Shown: positions 34,842-44,332, counted from the stretch's first letter. The stretch: DNA of 64,000 nt from Gemmatimonadota bacterium (GCA_036676795.1 JAKFCC010000121.1:28813-92812); one strand, 5' to 3'. Program-made: numbers and translations. Notes: generated by a model not told the origin, from the letters alone.

Positions 34842-35974
34842 AGATCATGGTAGTTCTCGGCACGAGGCCTGAAATCATCAGGTTGAGCCTCGTGCTGAGA
34901 AAGCTGGATGAAGTGGCGGACGTAATACTGGTTCACACCGGACAGAACTTCGACGACCGGCTCGACGGACTTTTTTTCCGCGAGCTCGGTGTCCGCAGGC
35001 CCGATTATCACCTGGGCGTCAAGGGCAGCGGCTTCGGGCAGCAGGTAGCCCAGATTCTCGAGCGCATCGAGCCACTCTTCCTCAAGGAACGCCCGGACAG
35101 GCTCCTCATCCTGGGCGACACGAACAGTGGACTGACGGCGATCATCGCACGCCGGCTCGGGATGCCCGTATACCATATGGAAGCAGGGAACCGCTGCTTC
35201 GACGACCGGGTTCCCGAGGAGGTCAATCGACGTGTGATCGACCACTCCAGCTCGGTGCTGCTTCCCTACACACACAACAGCGCGCGTCACCTGCGGGCTG
35301 AAGGAATACCCGAGAGCCGGATCATCGTTACCGGGAATCCCATCAAGCAGGTGATGGATCACTTCGCCGCTCAGATCGCGGGCAGCAGGATACTCGAGGA
35401 GCTGAAGCTGGCGCCGAAACAGTTCTTTCTCGTGACGATGCATCGCGCGGAAAATGTCGATCGCGCGGACAAGCTAAAGTCCCTGGTGGGCGCCCTCGGC
35501 GCCCTGAACAGGAAATATTCATTCCCAGTGATCTGCTCGTTTCATCCGCGTACGCGCTCCAAGATCGAACAGTTCGGAGTTGATATCGAGAAGACGGGCA
35601 TTCGTTTCCTGGAGCCATTCGGGTTCTTCGACTTCATCAAGCTCGAGCAGTCTGCGTTCTGCGTTCTTTCCGACAGCGGAACGGTGCAGGAGGAGACCTG
35701 CATCATGCACGTTCCAAACGTGACGATTCGCGAGGTGACCGAGCGGCCCGAGACCATCGAGTGCGGATCCAACGTGCTCGCGGGGTCAGACGAGGCAACG
35801 ATCCTGTCGCTAGTGGATCTCGTAACGTCCAGGCCCGCTGACTGGACGCCCCCTCCCGAGTACATGGAGGACAATGTTGCCGAGAAGGTCGCGGCGATCG
35901 TCACGGAACAGCGCGCGGTTGATCCTGCGGAAGCAGAGTGGCAGAGCGGGGTCAGGCTGGGACTTCAATCCTGA
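34838..35974 (+). CDS. UDP-2-acetamido-2,6-dideoxy-L-hexose 2-epimerase (FnlC/CapG/WbvD-like, non-hydrolysing)
   Basis: MKIMVVLGTRPEIIRLSLVLRKLDE...GDTNSGL...MEAGNRCFD...LSDSGTVQEE. 4-nt overlap. Confidence 0.8.
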   Translation: MKIMVVLGTRPEIIRLSLVLRKLDEVADVILVHTGQNFDDRLDGLFFRELGVRRPDYHLGVKGSGFGQQVAQILERIEPLFLKERPDRLLILGDTNSGLTAIIARRLGMPVYHMEAGNRCFDDRVPEEVNRRVIDHSSSVLLPYTHNSARHLRAEGIPESRIIVTGNPIKQVMDHFAAQIAGSRILEELKLAPKQFFLVTMHRAENVDRADKLKSLVGALGALNRKYSFPVICSFHPRTRSKIEQFGVDIEKTGIRFLEPFGFFDFIKLEQSAFCVLSDSGTVQEETCIMHVPNVTIREVTERPETIECGSNVLAGSDEATILSLVDLVTSRPADWTPPPEYMEDNVAEKVAAIVTEQRAVDPAEAEWQSGVRLGLQS

Positions 35975-37494
35975 CCAGCCGCGGTCTGGTGGAAAGACTG
36001 TTCACGAAGAGCGGAATGGCCGCTCTTCTTGTTTTGGTGTCGCTTTACGACCTGTTCTCCCCGCCCGTCAATGCGATGATCTTTCGGCAGACGCAGACGG
36101 CGATGCTCACGGAGAATTTCGTCAACAGCGGTTTCCGCTTCAGCGGACTGACGCTGAATGTCGTTGGACCGGTTCCGGCGCTGCTCGTCCTGGAGTTTCC
36201 ACTCTACAACGCGATCGTCGGAGGCTTGTTCACCCTGTTCGGATCGCTGATGGTTGTGGGAAAACTCGTGAGTCTTGTATGTGCCGTGATCTCGCTTCTT
36301 CTCCTGTGGCATATCGTCGAGGAACGGTGGGACCGGAGAACCGCGCGGCTCGCATCTGTGTTCTTCGTGTTCACGCCGGTAGGAATGCTGATGCGAACGG
36401 CTTTTACTCCCGATGCGATCACCCTGATGTTCGCGCTCATGGGCGTCTTCTTCCTCCTCAGGTGGCAGAAATCGCACGACTGGCTGAATCTGTTCGCGTG
36501 GGCCTTGGCCTTCATGGTGGCCGGAGTGATCAAGTTTCCGACGCTCGTTCCCTTCATGCCTCTCTGCTTCGTCGTTGCCCTGAGTGAATCGGGGAGCGAA
36601 GCCGGTTCCATCCGCTGGCGGATGCCGCGGCTGGCTGAAGTCGGACTGTTTGCGGCCCTCTTTCTCGTGCCCTTCATCTGGTGGCAGGTATTCCGCTCAG
36701 ACCTGATCTATGAACAGTGGCGCGGCTTCAACAGCTGGAGAAACTTCCTGATCGGCGACCTCAAGCGCTTCTTCTCGCTCTCGTACTATCCGCAGCCGCT
36801 CTATGGGTTCATTGTCTATGCGCTGTGCGGGTCCGGGCTCGTCCTGCTGGTGACCGCGCTGCGAAAGCGTTCCCGCGCCGAATTGCTGCTTTTTGCCGGA
36901 ATCCCGCTCCTCTACATATTCGTTCCGACAGTGCGGCACCAGCATCACTACCTGTACTCCATCACTCCCATTCTCGCTGTGCTTCTCGCCTTGGGGTGGA
37001 CGCGCCTGTCCGCGCAGCACGGGCATCTCGTGCGGGGCGCTCTGGCGACGACCTATGCGGCGGTCTTCATCGTGGGTTCGGCATACGCGTTACGGCATGA
37101 CAACGTGGTCACTCGTTCCGCGGCTGCACTTGCGGCGAATAGCGAGGCAGACGATCTGACTGTGGGTCTCTTTCTTCACGACAGAAACTATGTCGGATCG
37201 GAGATGCACCCGGAACTCTTTTATCTGTCGGGGCGCCGGGGATGGAACGTCGCATACGCCATAAACATTCCCCCGGAGAAGATGGATTCGGTCGTCGCAG
37301 TGTACAGGGACGCGGGTGCTTCACGGCTTGTTCTTACTACTTACGATCCGTCGCTGGAGCCATGGTTTGCGCGCTGGATTCCTGGGGCTTTGAGACGAAA
37401 CCCGAACTATGATGCAGGCACCGTACAGAAAGGGCTGGAGAAGAGGTATCGCGTGATCGCGAGCGGCCGGAATTTTCTCGTGTTTCAGCTCTAA
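35938..37494 (+). CDS. GT-C-fold polytopic glycosyltransferase-like protein (ArnT/PMT_2-like)
   Basis: Many TM segments. First-loop pattern FRQTQTAMLTENFVNSGFRF...LEFPLYNAIVGGLFTLFG is typical of PMT_2/GT83-like proteins. Start is uncertain (ATG 35938 overlaps the upstream gene by 37 nt; ATG 36016 is an alternative). Confidence 0.55.
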   Translation: MAERGQAGTSILTSRGLVERLFTKSGMAALLVLVSLYDLFSPPVNAMIFRQTQTAMLTENFVNSGFRFSGLTLNVVGPVPALLVLEFPLYNAIVGGLFTLFGSLMVVGKLVSLVCAVISLLLLWHIVEERWDRRTARLASVFFVFTPVGMLMRTAFTPDAITLMFALMGVFFLLRWQKSHDWLNLFAWALAFMVAGVIKFPTLVPFMPLCFVVALSESGSEAGSIRWRMPRLAEVGLFAALFLVPFIWWQVFRSDLIYEQWRGFNSWRNFLIGDLKRFFSLSYYPQPLYGFIVYALCGSGLVLLVTALRKRSRAELLLFAGIPLLYIFVPTVRHQHHYLYSITPILAVLLALGWTRLSAQHGHLVRGALATTYAAVFIVGSAYALRHDNVVTRSAAALAANSEADDLTVGLFLHDRNYVGSEMHPELFYLSGRRGWNVAYAINIPPEKMDSVVAVYRDAGASRLVLTTYDPSLEPWFARWIPGALRRNPNYDAGTVQKGLEKRYRVIASGRNFLVFQL

Positions 37495-37516
37495 GCCGGC
37501 ATTCCTGCCTAAATAA

Positions 37517-38860
37517 ATGCGAATCCGAATGATTCTGGAGAAGCACTACGGCTGGATAGCCGGAGCTGTGTCGCTGCTGGTGCTCGCGCTGAATTACCAC
37601 GCGACCGCCATGCAGGGGATAATTCCTTACTATCAGGACTTTGCGCGAATCATTGCTGCCGGGTTTGATCCGTCAGCCGGAACGCTAGGTACCCCGACTT
37701 TCCCCATATGGGGCTACGGCTGGGTCTACCTGATCTTTCGCTCCAAGCTTGCGATCCTCCTCGTTCAGCAGGTGTTGGGCGTAACGGCGTTTGTCCTTCT
37801 GGCCTCGGAGCTCGGTCGCTCTTCTCTATTGCCTGCTGGAACCGCTCGGGCGTTCAAGCTGCTGCTGATCGTCTCCATCCCGCTGTTCGCACTGAATTCC
37901 GTACTCTGGCCATACAGTTTTGCAGCGAGCTTTCTCGCGCTCTCGGCTGTTTTCATGCTGCGTGCGACGAAGTCGGATCAGCTCAGGCCGCTCATGAACT
38001 GGGCTGTGTCAGCGCTGTTCTTCGGCCTGATGCTCAACTTTCGCTCGGACTTCATACTGTTTCCCGTGCTTGTCCCGATTCTCGCCGTAATTGTCAGGAT
38101 GAAGCGAAACGCTCTCGTCGGGTCGCTTGTATGGGTCGGTTGTGTGTACCTGATGCTGCTGCCATGGGCTCTTTACGCGAAGCACGCGACTGGCCATGCA
38201 GTGCTCACATCCACCAATTCTGGCCATGTGCTGTTCGTCGGTCTCGGACAGCTGCCCGGCAACAAGTGGGGAATTACGGCTGATGACGGGGATCCTGTCA
38301 TGCTGGCAACTGTCAACGCGGCGCTTGGTTCTGGCGCGAGTACACTTTCATACGAAGGGAGCCGAGTCCTGCGTGACGCCGCCATCGCCCGGGTCGTCGA
38401 ATCACCGGGCGAATACGGGAAGAAGGTCCTTCACGGTGTGAAACTGACTTTGACGCAGGGATTTTACCCCGGCTCGTTTTACGAAACGAAGGCGTGCCTG
38501 CCGGACTGCTACCCTGAATACAAGTCTGCGATTGCCGGACTGAGGGGTGGTCCGTCGGCAAAGGACTCCAGGGTGCCGGCCTGGCGGGCAGCCGCCCAAG
38601 TGGCTGCCGTGGGGTACAGCCGAGCTCTGCTGATGCTGTGCTTTGCGGCCGCCCCATTCGCTGTTGTCTGGGGCTGGAAGAAGAGGTCATTTCCGCTTGC
38701 CTTCGCGTCTGCGGCAGTCCTTTATCAGGCGGGTATAACCATCTTCACCAGTCATCTGCCTGGCTATACCTCGAGCGTCTATCTCTTTCACCTGCTTCTA
38801 CTTTCGAGCTGTATTGGGCGCTTTGTCATTGCCCGAACGGAGCCAACCGGGCATCTTTAA
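37517..38860 (+). CDS. Polytopic membrane protein, possibly GT-C-like
   Basis: About 10 or more hydrophobic segments with a large loop. No definite motif recognised. Follows the previous GT-C-like gene after a 22-nt gap. Confidence 0.4.
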   Translation: MRIRMILEKHYGWIAGAVSLLVLALNYHATAMQGIIPYYQDFARIIAAGFDPSAGTLGTPTFPIWGYGWVYLIFRSKLAILLVQQVLGVTAFVLLASELGRSSLLPAGTARAFKLLLIVSIPLFALNSVLWPYSFAASFLALSAVFMLRATKSDQLRPLMNWAVSALFFGLMLNFRSDFILFPVLVPILAVIVRMKRNALVGSLVWVGCVYLMLLPWALYAKHATGHAVLTSTNSGHVLFVGLGQLPGNKWGITADDGDPVMLATVNAALGSGASTLSYEGSRVLRDAAIARVVESPGEYGKKVLHGVKLTLTQGFYPGSFYETKACLPDCYPEYKSAIAGLRGGPSAKDSRVPAWRAAAQVAAVGYSRALLMLCFAAAPFAVVWGWKKRSFPLAFASAAVLYQAGITIFTSHLPGYTSSVYLFHLLLLSSCIGRFVIARTEPTGHL

Positions 38861-38877
38861 GGATTCGCATTAAGTCA

Positions 38878-39999
38878 ATGACACCAACACTTCCGCACCG
38901 CAACATTCCGACTGTTCCCCCGCCACCCCTGGCGCCGGAGCCCCTTTCGATGCACTCGGGCCCCGAGGCGTCGGACGTGTCGCTGATTTCCATCGCAATC
39001 GTCCTGTTGCGGCACCGTTGGCTGATCATCTGCTCGGCGATCCTGTTCTTCGTGATTTTTGCGTTCAGCAACTACACCCCGGTCAAGACCTACACTTCTT
39101 CCACGGCGTTCACTCCCCGCCAGCGGTCTCAGGTAAGTGCGGGAAGCGCCCTGCTGTCCCAGCTCGGAATCGGTTCATCCAACTCGAATGGGGCATTCTA
39201 CCTCGAGCTGATCAAGTCGCGGGAGATTCTGGGTCCGGTAGCCGAGGCTACATACACGATTCGCACCGATACCGGAGTCGTGACCGGCAGGCTCATCGAT
39301 ATCTACAACATCAAGAATCCTGACAAGCGCTGGCAGCGTACGATTGCCGTTTCGATGTTGACCACTCAGGTGAAGGCAACGTCGCAGCCTACGGGGATGA
39401 TGAAACTCACCGTAACGACTCCGTATTCGGAGTTGTCCGCGCAGCTGGCAACGAAGATCCTCGAGGAGCTCAATCGGTTCAACCTGCATTCACGAAAGAA
39501 TGAGGCGTCCGGGGAGCGACTGTTTATCGAGATGCAGCTGTCGGAGGCTGATGAAAAGCTGCGGGTTGCAGAGAATGAGCTGCAGGAGTTCGTCAGGTCG
39601 AACCGGAGCATGACGATGTTTGCGGGATCGACCCTCCAGCTCGACCGGCTCAAGCGGCAGGTGAGCATGCGCCAGGATTTGTATACATCGCTCGCCAAGC
39701 AGCTGGATGCTGCGCGCATTGAAGAGGTGCGCAGCAGTCCGATCCTCACCATCGTGGAGCCCGCAGAGCCGGCGCTCTCGCCCAATCCGCCGATATGGCC
39801 CACCAAGGCGTTCATGGGTGCAGCGCTGGGTGTCATGGTAGGAATTCTCCTGGCCTTCGTCCATGCGTATTTCGTCCGCAGGCGTGAAGAGGAAACCAAC
39901 GAGTATGAGGAGCTGGAGGACCTGAAGCGCAAGACCGCTGATGATCTCAAGCACTTCTGGCGTCCGCTCGGCCGCATTCTTTCTACCGGCCGCGCGTAA
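38878..39999 (+). CDS. Polysaccharide chain-length determinant (Wzz/GumC-type PCP, no kinase domain)
   Basis: N-terminal TM LISIAIVLLRHRWLIICSAILFFVIFAF. Long coiled-coil region. C-terminal TM AFMGAALGVMVGILLAFVHAYF. ATG 38878 follows the upstream stop, whereas the track ORF 38638 overlaps the upstream gene. Confidence 0.75.
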   Translation: MTPTLPHRNIPTVPPPPLAPEPLSMHSGPEASDVSLISIAIVLLRHRWLIICSAILFFVIFAFSNYTPVKTYTSSTAFTPRQRSQVSAGSALLSQLGIGSSNSNGAFYLELIKSREILGPVAEATYTIRTDTGVVTGRLIDIYNIKNPDKRWQRTIAVSMLTTQVKATSQPTGMMKLTVTTPYSELSAQLATKILEELNRFNLHSRKNEASGERLFIEMQLSEADEKLRVAENELQEFVRSNRSMTMFAGSTLQLDRLKRQVSMRQDLYTSLAKQLDAARIEEVRSSPILTIVEPAEPALSPNPPIWPTKAFMGAALGVMVGILLAFVHAYFVRRREEETNEYEELEDLKRKTADDLKHFWRPLGRILSTGRA

Positions 40000-40005
40000 C
40001 GACCC

Positions 40006-40398
40006 CTAGCCGGGCGACGGCTTGCCGCGGATTACGCGGCGCGACAGCACGAAGGACAGAGGGATCGTAAGGAGCAGAGTGATCAGGGGAGCAATTCTCG
40101 CATCGACCCCCAGGTACTGCACCAGCGCATACAGTCCCAGCAGACCGGCCAGATACTGCACTGCATAAACCAGCGGATACTGGGCGGCAGCCCGCACTGT
40201 CGGCGCGGTGCGGAACACATAAGTCGTGTTCAGCAGGAAACTGATCCCGATTCCTGCGACAAAGGCAATCGTATAGGCGAACGCGTATGGCGCTGCCAGC
40301 AGAATCAGCCTGTAAATGATATAAGTAGCGCCGGTATTGAGCGCACCGGCGACTATGAACCTGACGAAGTCCGCCCGCAGGTACCTGTGCTCGATCAA
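40006..40398 (-). CDS. GtrA-family membrane protein
   Basis: 130 aa with four hydrophobic helices. FIVAGALNTGATYIIYRLILL is typical of GtrA-like proteins. Confidence 0.75.
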   Translation of the reverse strand: MIEHRYLRADFVRFIVAGALNTGATYIIYRLILLAAPYAFAYTIAFVAGIGISFLLNTTYVFRTAPTVRAAAQYPLVYAVQYLAGLLGLYALVQYLGVDARIAPLITLLLTIPLSFVLSRRVIRGKPSPG

Positions 40399-40402
40399 CG
40401 GC

Positions 40403-41506
40403 TCAGCGACTGAAGGCGAGAACGCGGTCGATCACGTAGTCGACTTCGGTGTCCTTGAGGTGCGGTCCCATTGGAAGGCTGATTACTCTCTTCGCGAGCG
40501 ATTCAGCAATAGGAAGCGAACCTTCCCGGAAACCTGCCTCGCGGTACGCGTCGGAGAGGTGGGGCGGGATCGGATAGTGAATGAGAGTTCCAATACCGCT
40601 GTCAGCAAGGAAGCTCTGCAGGGCGTCACGGCGGTCATGCTGAACCACATACAGGTGCCAGGAGTGTTCGCCCTCGGCGCCGGGTTCAGGGGTGAGCAGG
40701 CCCTCCACATGTCTGAATGCATCCGCATACCGCTTTGCGACAATTGCGCGGCGCCTGTTCCAGGCGGCAAGTGCAGGAAGCTTCGCTGAGAGAAACGCAC
40801 ACTGAAGTGGATCGAGCCGCGAGTTGAACCCTTTTACCTCGTTATGATATTTGACGCGCGACCCATAGTTCCTCAGTAGCCGCACACGGTCTGCGACTTC
40901 GGCATTGTTTGTTGTCACGGCTCCGCCGTCTCCAAGGGCGCCGAGGTTCTTTCCAGGGTAGAAGCTCCATGCTGCGGAGTGTCCCCATGTGCCGGCCGCT
41001 TTCCCGTTCTGGACCGCGCCGTGAGCCTGTGCACAATCCTCGATGACCAGCAGCTGGTGCTTTTCAGCGACGGCGTTTATCGCGCGCATGTCGGCCATTC
41101 GGCCGTAGAGATGAACCGGCATTATTGCGCGCGTGCGTGGAGTGATAGCCGCTTCCAGACGTGACGGATCCAGGTTGCAGGAAAGTGGGTCAGGCTCTAC
41201 CGGGACAGGTCTGCCGCCAGCGTACGAGATCGCCAGCCAGGTAGCTATATACGTATTGGAAGGGACGATGACCTCATCGCCCGGTTCCAGTCCGTGCGCC
41301 AGGAGAGAGAGGTGAAGGGCATCGAGGCCGTTGCCCACACCGACGCAGTGCCGCACTCCGCAGTAGGCCGCGAACTCCGACTCGAATCTTTCCGTCTCCT
41401 CACCGAGGATGAACCATCCCGAGTCCAGGACGCGGGAATAGGCGGCATCGAGTTCCTGCCGCAACTCGACGTGCGGGGCTTTGAGATCGAGGAAGGGGAC
41501 TCTCAA
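40403..41506 (-). CDS. DegT/DnrJ/EryC1-family aminotransferase, FdtB/QdtB-like (dTDP-3-keto-6-deoxyhexose 3-aminotransferase)
   Basis: RVPFLDLK..., WSFYPGKNLGALGDGGAVTTN (PLP-lysine region). TTG 41506 overlaps the upstream TGA (TTGA). The track start at 41638 lies inside the upstream gene. Confidence 0.8.
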   Translation of the reverse strand: MRVPFLDLKAPHVELRQELDAAYSRVLDSGWFILGEETERFESEFAAYCGVRHCVGVGNGLDALHLSLLAHGLEPGDEVIVPSNTYIATWLAISYAGGRPVPVEPDPLSCNLDPSRLEAAITPRTRAIMPVHLYGRMADMRAINAVAEKHQLLVIEDCAQAHGAVQNGKAAGTWGHSAAWSFYPGKNLGALGDGGAVTTNNAEVADRVRLLRNYGSRVKYHNEVKGFNSRLDPLQCAFLSAKLPALAAWNRRRAIVAKRYADAFRHVEGLLTPEPGAEGEHSWHLYVVQHDRRDALQSFLADSGIGTLIHYPIPPHLSDAYREAGFREGSLPIAESLAKRVISLPMGPHLKDTEVDYVIDRVLAFSR

Positions 41507-41928
41507 CTTCCTGGCTGCCCTGTGGCGCGAAGGAACGAATCGTAATCCCGGTAATAACCTGCTTCGCTGTATTTCTCCGATGCCAATACAAGGCATACGG
41601 ATCCCGAGGAAAAATTCTCCAGCTCGCGCCAGATGCACGGGGGAACATACAGTCCGATATAAGACCGGTTCAGGTGAAAGGTCTTCTTGGTTCTGCCGTC
41701 ATCGACGATGACGTCGAAGCTACCCGCCATTGCGACGATGAACTGATCGCAGCTTCGCAGGGCATGACCCGCACGCGTTGCTCCACCGGGCACGTCGTAG
41801 AGGTAGAAGACGCGCTGAATGGAAAATGGAATGTGGGAATCGTTCTCCAGGAAGGTGAGATTTCCCCGGGGATCACCAATTTTCGGAAGTTCGATCAGTC
41901 TGCAGTCGGCTACTGTTACCTGGGTCAT
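41503..41928 (-). CDS. WxcM/FdtA-like dTDP-4-keto-6-deoxyglucose 3,4-ketoisomerase (cupin)
   Basis: IELPKIGDPRGNLTFLENDSHIPFSIQRVFYLYDVPGGATRAGHA. 141 aa. Confidence 0.8.
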   Translation of the reverse strand: MTQVTVADCRLIELPKIGDPRGNLTFLENDSHIPFSIQRVFYLYDVPGGATRAGHALRSCDQFIVAMAGSFDVIVDDGRTKKTFHLNRSYIGLYVPPCIWRELENFSSGSVCLVLASEKYSEAGYYRDYDSFLRATGQPGS

Positions 41929-42875
41929 GCTGGCACCTTGTTGAGGCGAAGCTCCATTCGCTGCATTGCGACACCGCGTGCACCGAAGCCTTCCTTTTGC
42001 TCGACGAGTCCGCTGTTCATCGTCTCGCCCTCCTCGGACGATCCGAGGTCGATGAACTCCTTGGACTGGTACCTGGAAGCGATCAGGTAATTCAGGACGG
42101 CGTCAACGGCGCCAACAGTTCGTCCTTCGTCGCTGCCGGCAATGTATTGTGTTCTGGCCACACGCTCGGACTCATAGACGAGAACGCCCCCGAGCATTTC
42201 GGAGTCGCGCGTACACGCAAAGAGCCTGATGTTGTCGGTAAAGCGCGCGCGCAGCCTGAGAATCTCTTCCAGCGTGTGCACAGGCTTGGTGCCATGTCCT
42301 TCTGCCAGCCGCTTCGACAGCATCTCCCAGTATGCGGGAATATCATCCGATTCGTCCACTTGCAAGCCGGCCCGCTCGGCCTTCCTGATCTGACGCCGGC
42401 GGCGTTCCTGAAGGGGAAGGGGCGCCCCGGGCCTTACCACGCTCAGGAGTGTTGTGCGGGTTAGGACGGCACCAGCGCGAAAGAGCGCGTACACATCGTA
42501 GTCTGCGGGGTACCGATGATAGATGTACGGCGCCGGCCTGTAGTCGAGCACGCTGATGCCCGAGGTGCGAAGCTCGCCCGCGATCGACTCGAAAAGTTCT
42601 GCAAACTCGGACGATTTCATGGACTCACCAATGAGCAGCCCGCCGAACGTCAGGCCCCCATGGCTTGTAATCACATCGCCGGAACGATTCGCCGGAAGCA
42701 GTGCGACGATGCGTCCACCGCTCGACGCAACGAGGGAATGATCCTCGAATCTGTCGGCGTGGTATTCCATGTAGTCACGGTTGTGGAGGAACGTCCCGTT
42801 GATGCTTGCGGCGACGAATCTGTCCCACTCCTCCCGCAAGGCCGGATGGTACCGCTCGACCGAAATTGCGCTCAC
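41925..42875 (-). CDS. FemAB-like / GNAT (Acetyltransf_6-type) acyltransferase
   Basis: Two-lobed GNAT-like sequence: YHPALREEWDRFVAASINGTFLHNRDYMEYHADRF...LGGVLVYESERVARTQYIAG. GTG 42875 overlaps the upstream TGA. Confidence 0.55.
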   Translation of the reverse strand: MSAISVERYHPALREEWDRFVAASINGTFLHNRDYMEYHADRFEDHSLVASSGGRIVALLPANRSGDVITSHGGLTFGGLLIGESMKSSEFAELFESIAGELRTSGISVLDYRPAPYIYHRYPADYDVYALFRAGAVLTRTTLLSVVRPGAPLPLQERRRRQIRKAERAGLQVDESDDIPAYWEMLSKRLAEGHGTKPVHTLEEILRLRARFTDNIRLFACTRDSEMLGGVLVYESERVARTQYIAGSDEGRTVGAVDAVLNYLIASRYQSKEFIDLGSSEEGETMNSGLVEQKEGFGARGVAMQRMELRLNKVPA

Positions 42876-43522
42876 GCTTTCTGGCGTTTCCAGATGCCAA
42901 CGACGGTCTGGTCGTCGGGCACGTCCCCAATGACAAGTGCCCCCGCGCCAAGCACGCACCGCGAGCCCACGTTGGTGTTGTTGGCAATCGACGCATTCAC
43001 GCCGAGGAAGCAGGATTCGCCGATGTTCACGAAACCCGACACCACGACATGCGAGGAAACGAAACAGTGGCTTCCTATGTTCGAGTGGTGGCCAATGTGG
43101 TTGCCGCTCCAGAGAACGACGTTGTCGCCGATGTTCACGAACGGCTGTACGACATTGTTCTCGAACACGAAGCAGTGCTCTCCCAGTTTCGCGTTCCGCC
43201 AGACGAAAGCGTGCGAGCTGACATAGGATGCTGGTCGGTAGCCTTTCTGCTTTGCCTCCGCGTACAGGCGGGCCCTGAGCGCATTGCCCTGCGTGTAAAC
43301 GTTGGCGGCGAAGAAGCTGTGGTCTGCAGGAGCGTAACTCTCCTCGATCGCTTCAAAAGCAACCACCGGAAGGCCAAAAAGCGATTCACGCTTGATGTAC
43401 CGGGATTCCACGGCGAATGCGACCACCTCGAAGGGGGAGTCGTGGGTGAAGTACTCATATGCGATTTCCGCAAAGGCGCTGTCGCCAATGATGATCAGCT
43501 TTTCTGTTTTCGCGGTGCTCAT
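42872..43522 (-). CDS. NeuD/PglD-family sugar N/O-acetyltransferase (left-handed beta-helix)
   Basis: N-terminal KLIIIGDSAFAEIAYEYF. C-terminal hexapeptide repeats IGDNVVLWSGNHIGHHSNIGSHCFVSSHVVVSGFVNIGESCFLGVNASI. Confidence 0.8.
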   Translation of the reverse strand: MSTAKTEKLIIIGDSAFAEIAYEYFTHDSPFEVVAFAVESRYIKRESLFGLPVVAFEAIEESYAPADHSFFAANVYTQGNALRARLYAEAKQKGYRPASYVSSHAFVWRNAKLGEHCFVFENNVVQPFVNIGDNVVLWSGNHIGHHSNIGSHCFVSSHVVVSGFVNIGESCFLGVNASIANNTNVGSRCVLGAGALVIGDVPDDQTVVGIWKRQKA

Positions 43523-44244
43523 GGTCGTGTGACGAGAAAGTCTTCGCGCCGGTTCGCCATGGGGAGATCGGCGGACTGCGGAAGTATGTATGCATCGAAG
43601 CCCGAGGTCCGGCAGTGCGCTTCAAGGGCGAGAAGGACGCCGTCATCTATCGATGGTCGTGCACCGGGATCTTCGGAAATGTCAGGCATTGTGTCCGTCC
43701 CCGTGAACTCCTGATGATATCTGACGCCAGCCTCGGACGAAAAGAACCGCTTTCGTTTCGACCGATTTGGAATGTCGCCGATCAGCAGCTGGCCTCCGGG
43801 TGCGAGCATCCGGGCGAGCGCGTCCGTGAACAGCGTTATATCTCCCTCTTCGAAGACGTAGTGCAGAACGCTGTAGGTGAGTACCACATCGGCCTTTCCC
43901 GCTTTTCGCGCGATGAGATCGCGGCATTCGTCGGGGAAGCGGCCGACAACCTTGTCGATGAACGGTTCATCTGGAAGCTGGCCGAGCATCTCGGATGAAT
44001 CCACGAGCACAAGCTTGTGTCCGAGCGACCTGCAATGGTCGATCAGCATGAATGCGAGGCCGCTGCATCCCGGGCCAACGTCCACGACCGTCTGGTTTTC
44101 ACGCGAGAGGTTGGGAATTTTGCGAAGTATGTCCGCGAAAATCGCCTCCTCCTTGCCTTCCCGGTAGGAGTTGGGGAACCCGATCTTTTCGTATGGTGAC
44201 AGCGACGGGTCGCTGGCAAGTCGTCTGAATTCTTCGTACGTCAC
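43519..44244 (-). CDS. Class I SAM-dependent methyltransferase
   Basis: VVDVGPGCSGLAFML...VVLTYSVLHYV...LAPGGQLLIGDIPN. 4-nt overlap with the downstream gene. Confidence 0.7.
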   Translation of the reverse strand: MTYEEFRRLASDPSLSPYEKIGFPNSYREGKEEAIFADILRKIPNLSRENQTVVDVGPGCSGLAFMLIDHCRSLGHKLVLVDSSEMLGQLPDEPFIDKVVGRFPDECRDLIARKAGKADVVLTYSVLHYVFEEGDITLFTDALARMLAPGGQLLIGDIPNRSKRKRFFSSEAGVRYHQEFTGTDTMPDISEDPGARPSIDDGVLLALEAHCRTSGFDAYILPQSADLPMANRREDFLVTRP

Positions 44245-44332
44245 GTGAAATGTGCTGGACTGTGAAATCCTGTTACAATCTACTGCTCAGGCTGTGACCG
44301 GCAACGCAGTTTCCCGGGCTCGGGGTACTGCG

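Noticed and set aside
38638-38877. N-terminal extensions of track ORFs into upstream genes (38638, 10191, 14318, 22368, 27508, 41638, 42959, 49632, 51387, 53505, 54925 and others)
   Set aside because: In each case a start codon sits at or just overlapping the upstream stop (ATGA/GTGA/TTGA), and the family-typical N-terminus begins there. The extensions would overlap well-supported coding sequence.
42806-43714. 302-aa + strand ORF, together with the 357-aa ORF at 48446-49519, both opposite hexapeptide-repeat acetyltransferase genes
   Set aside because: Left-handed beta-helix genes have periodic codon patterns that commonly leave the antisense frame open. The - strand products carry the real NeuD/PglD motifs.
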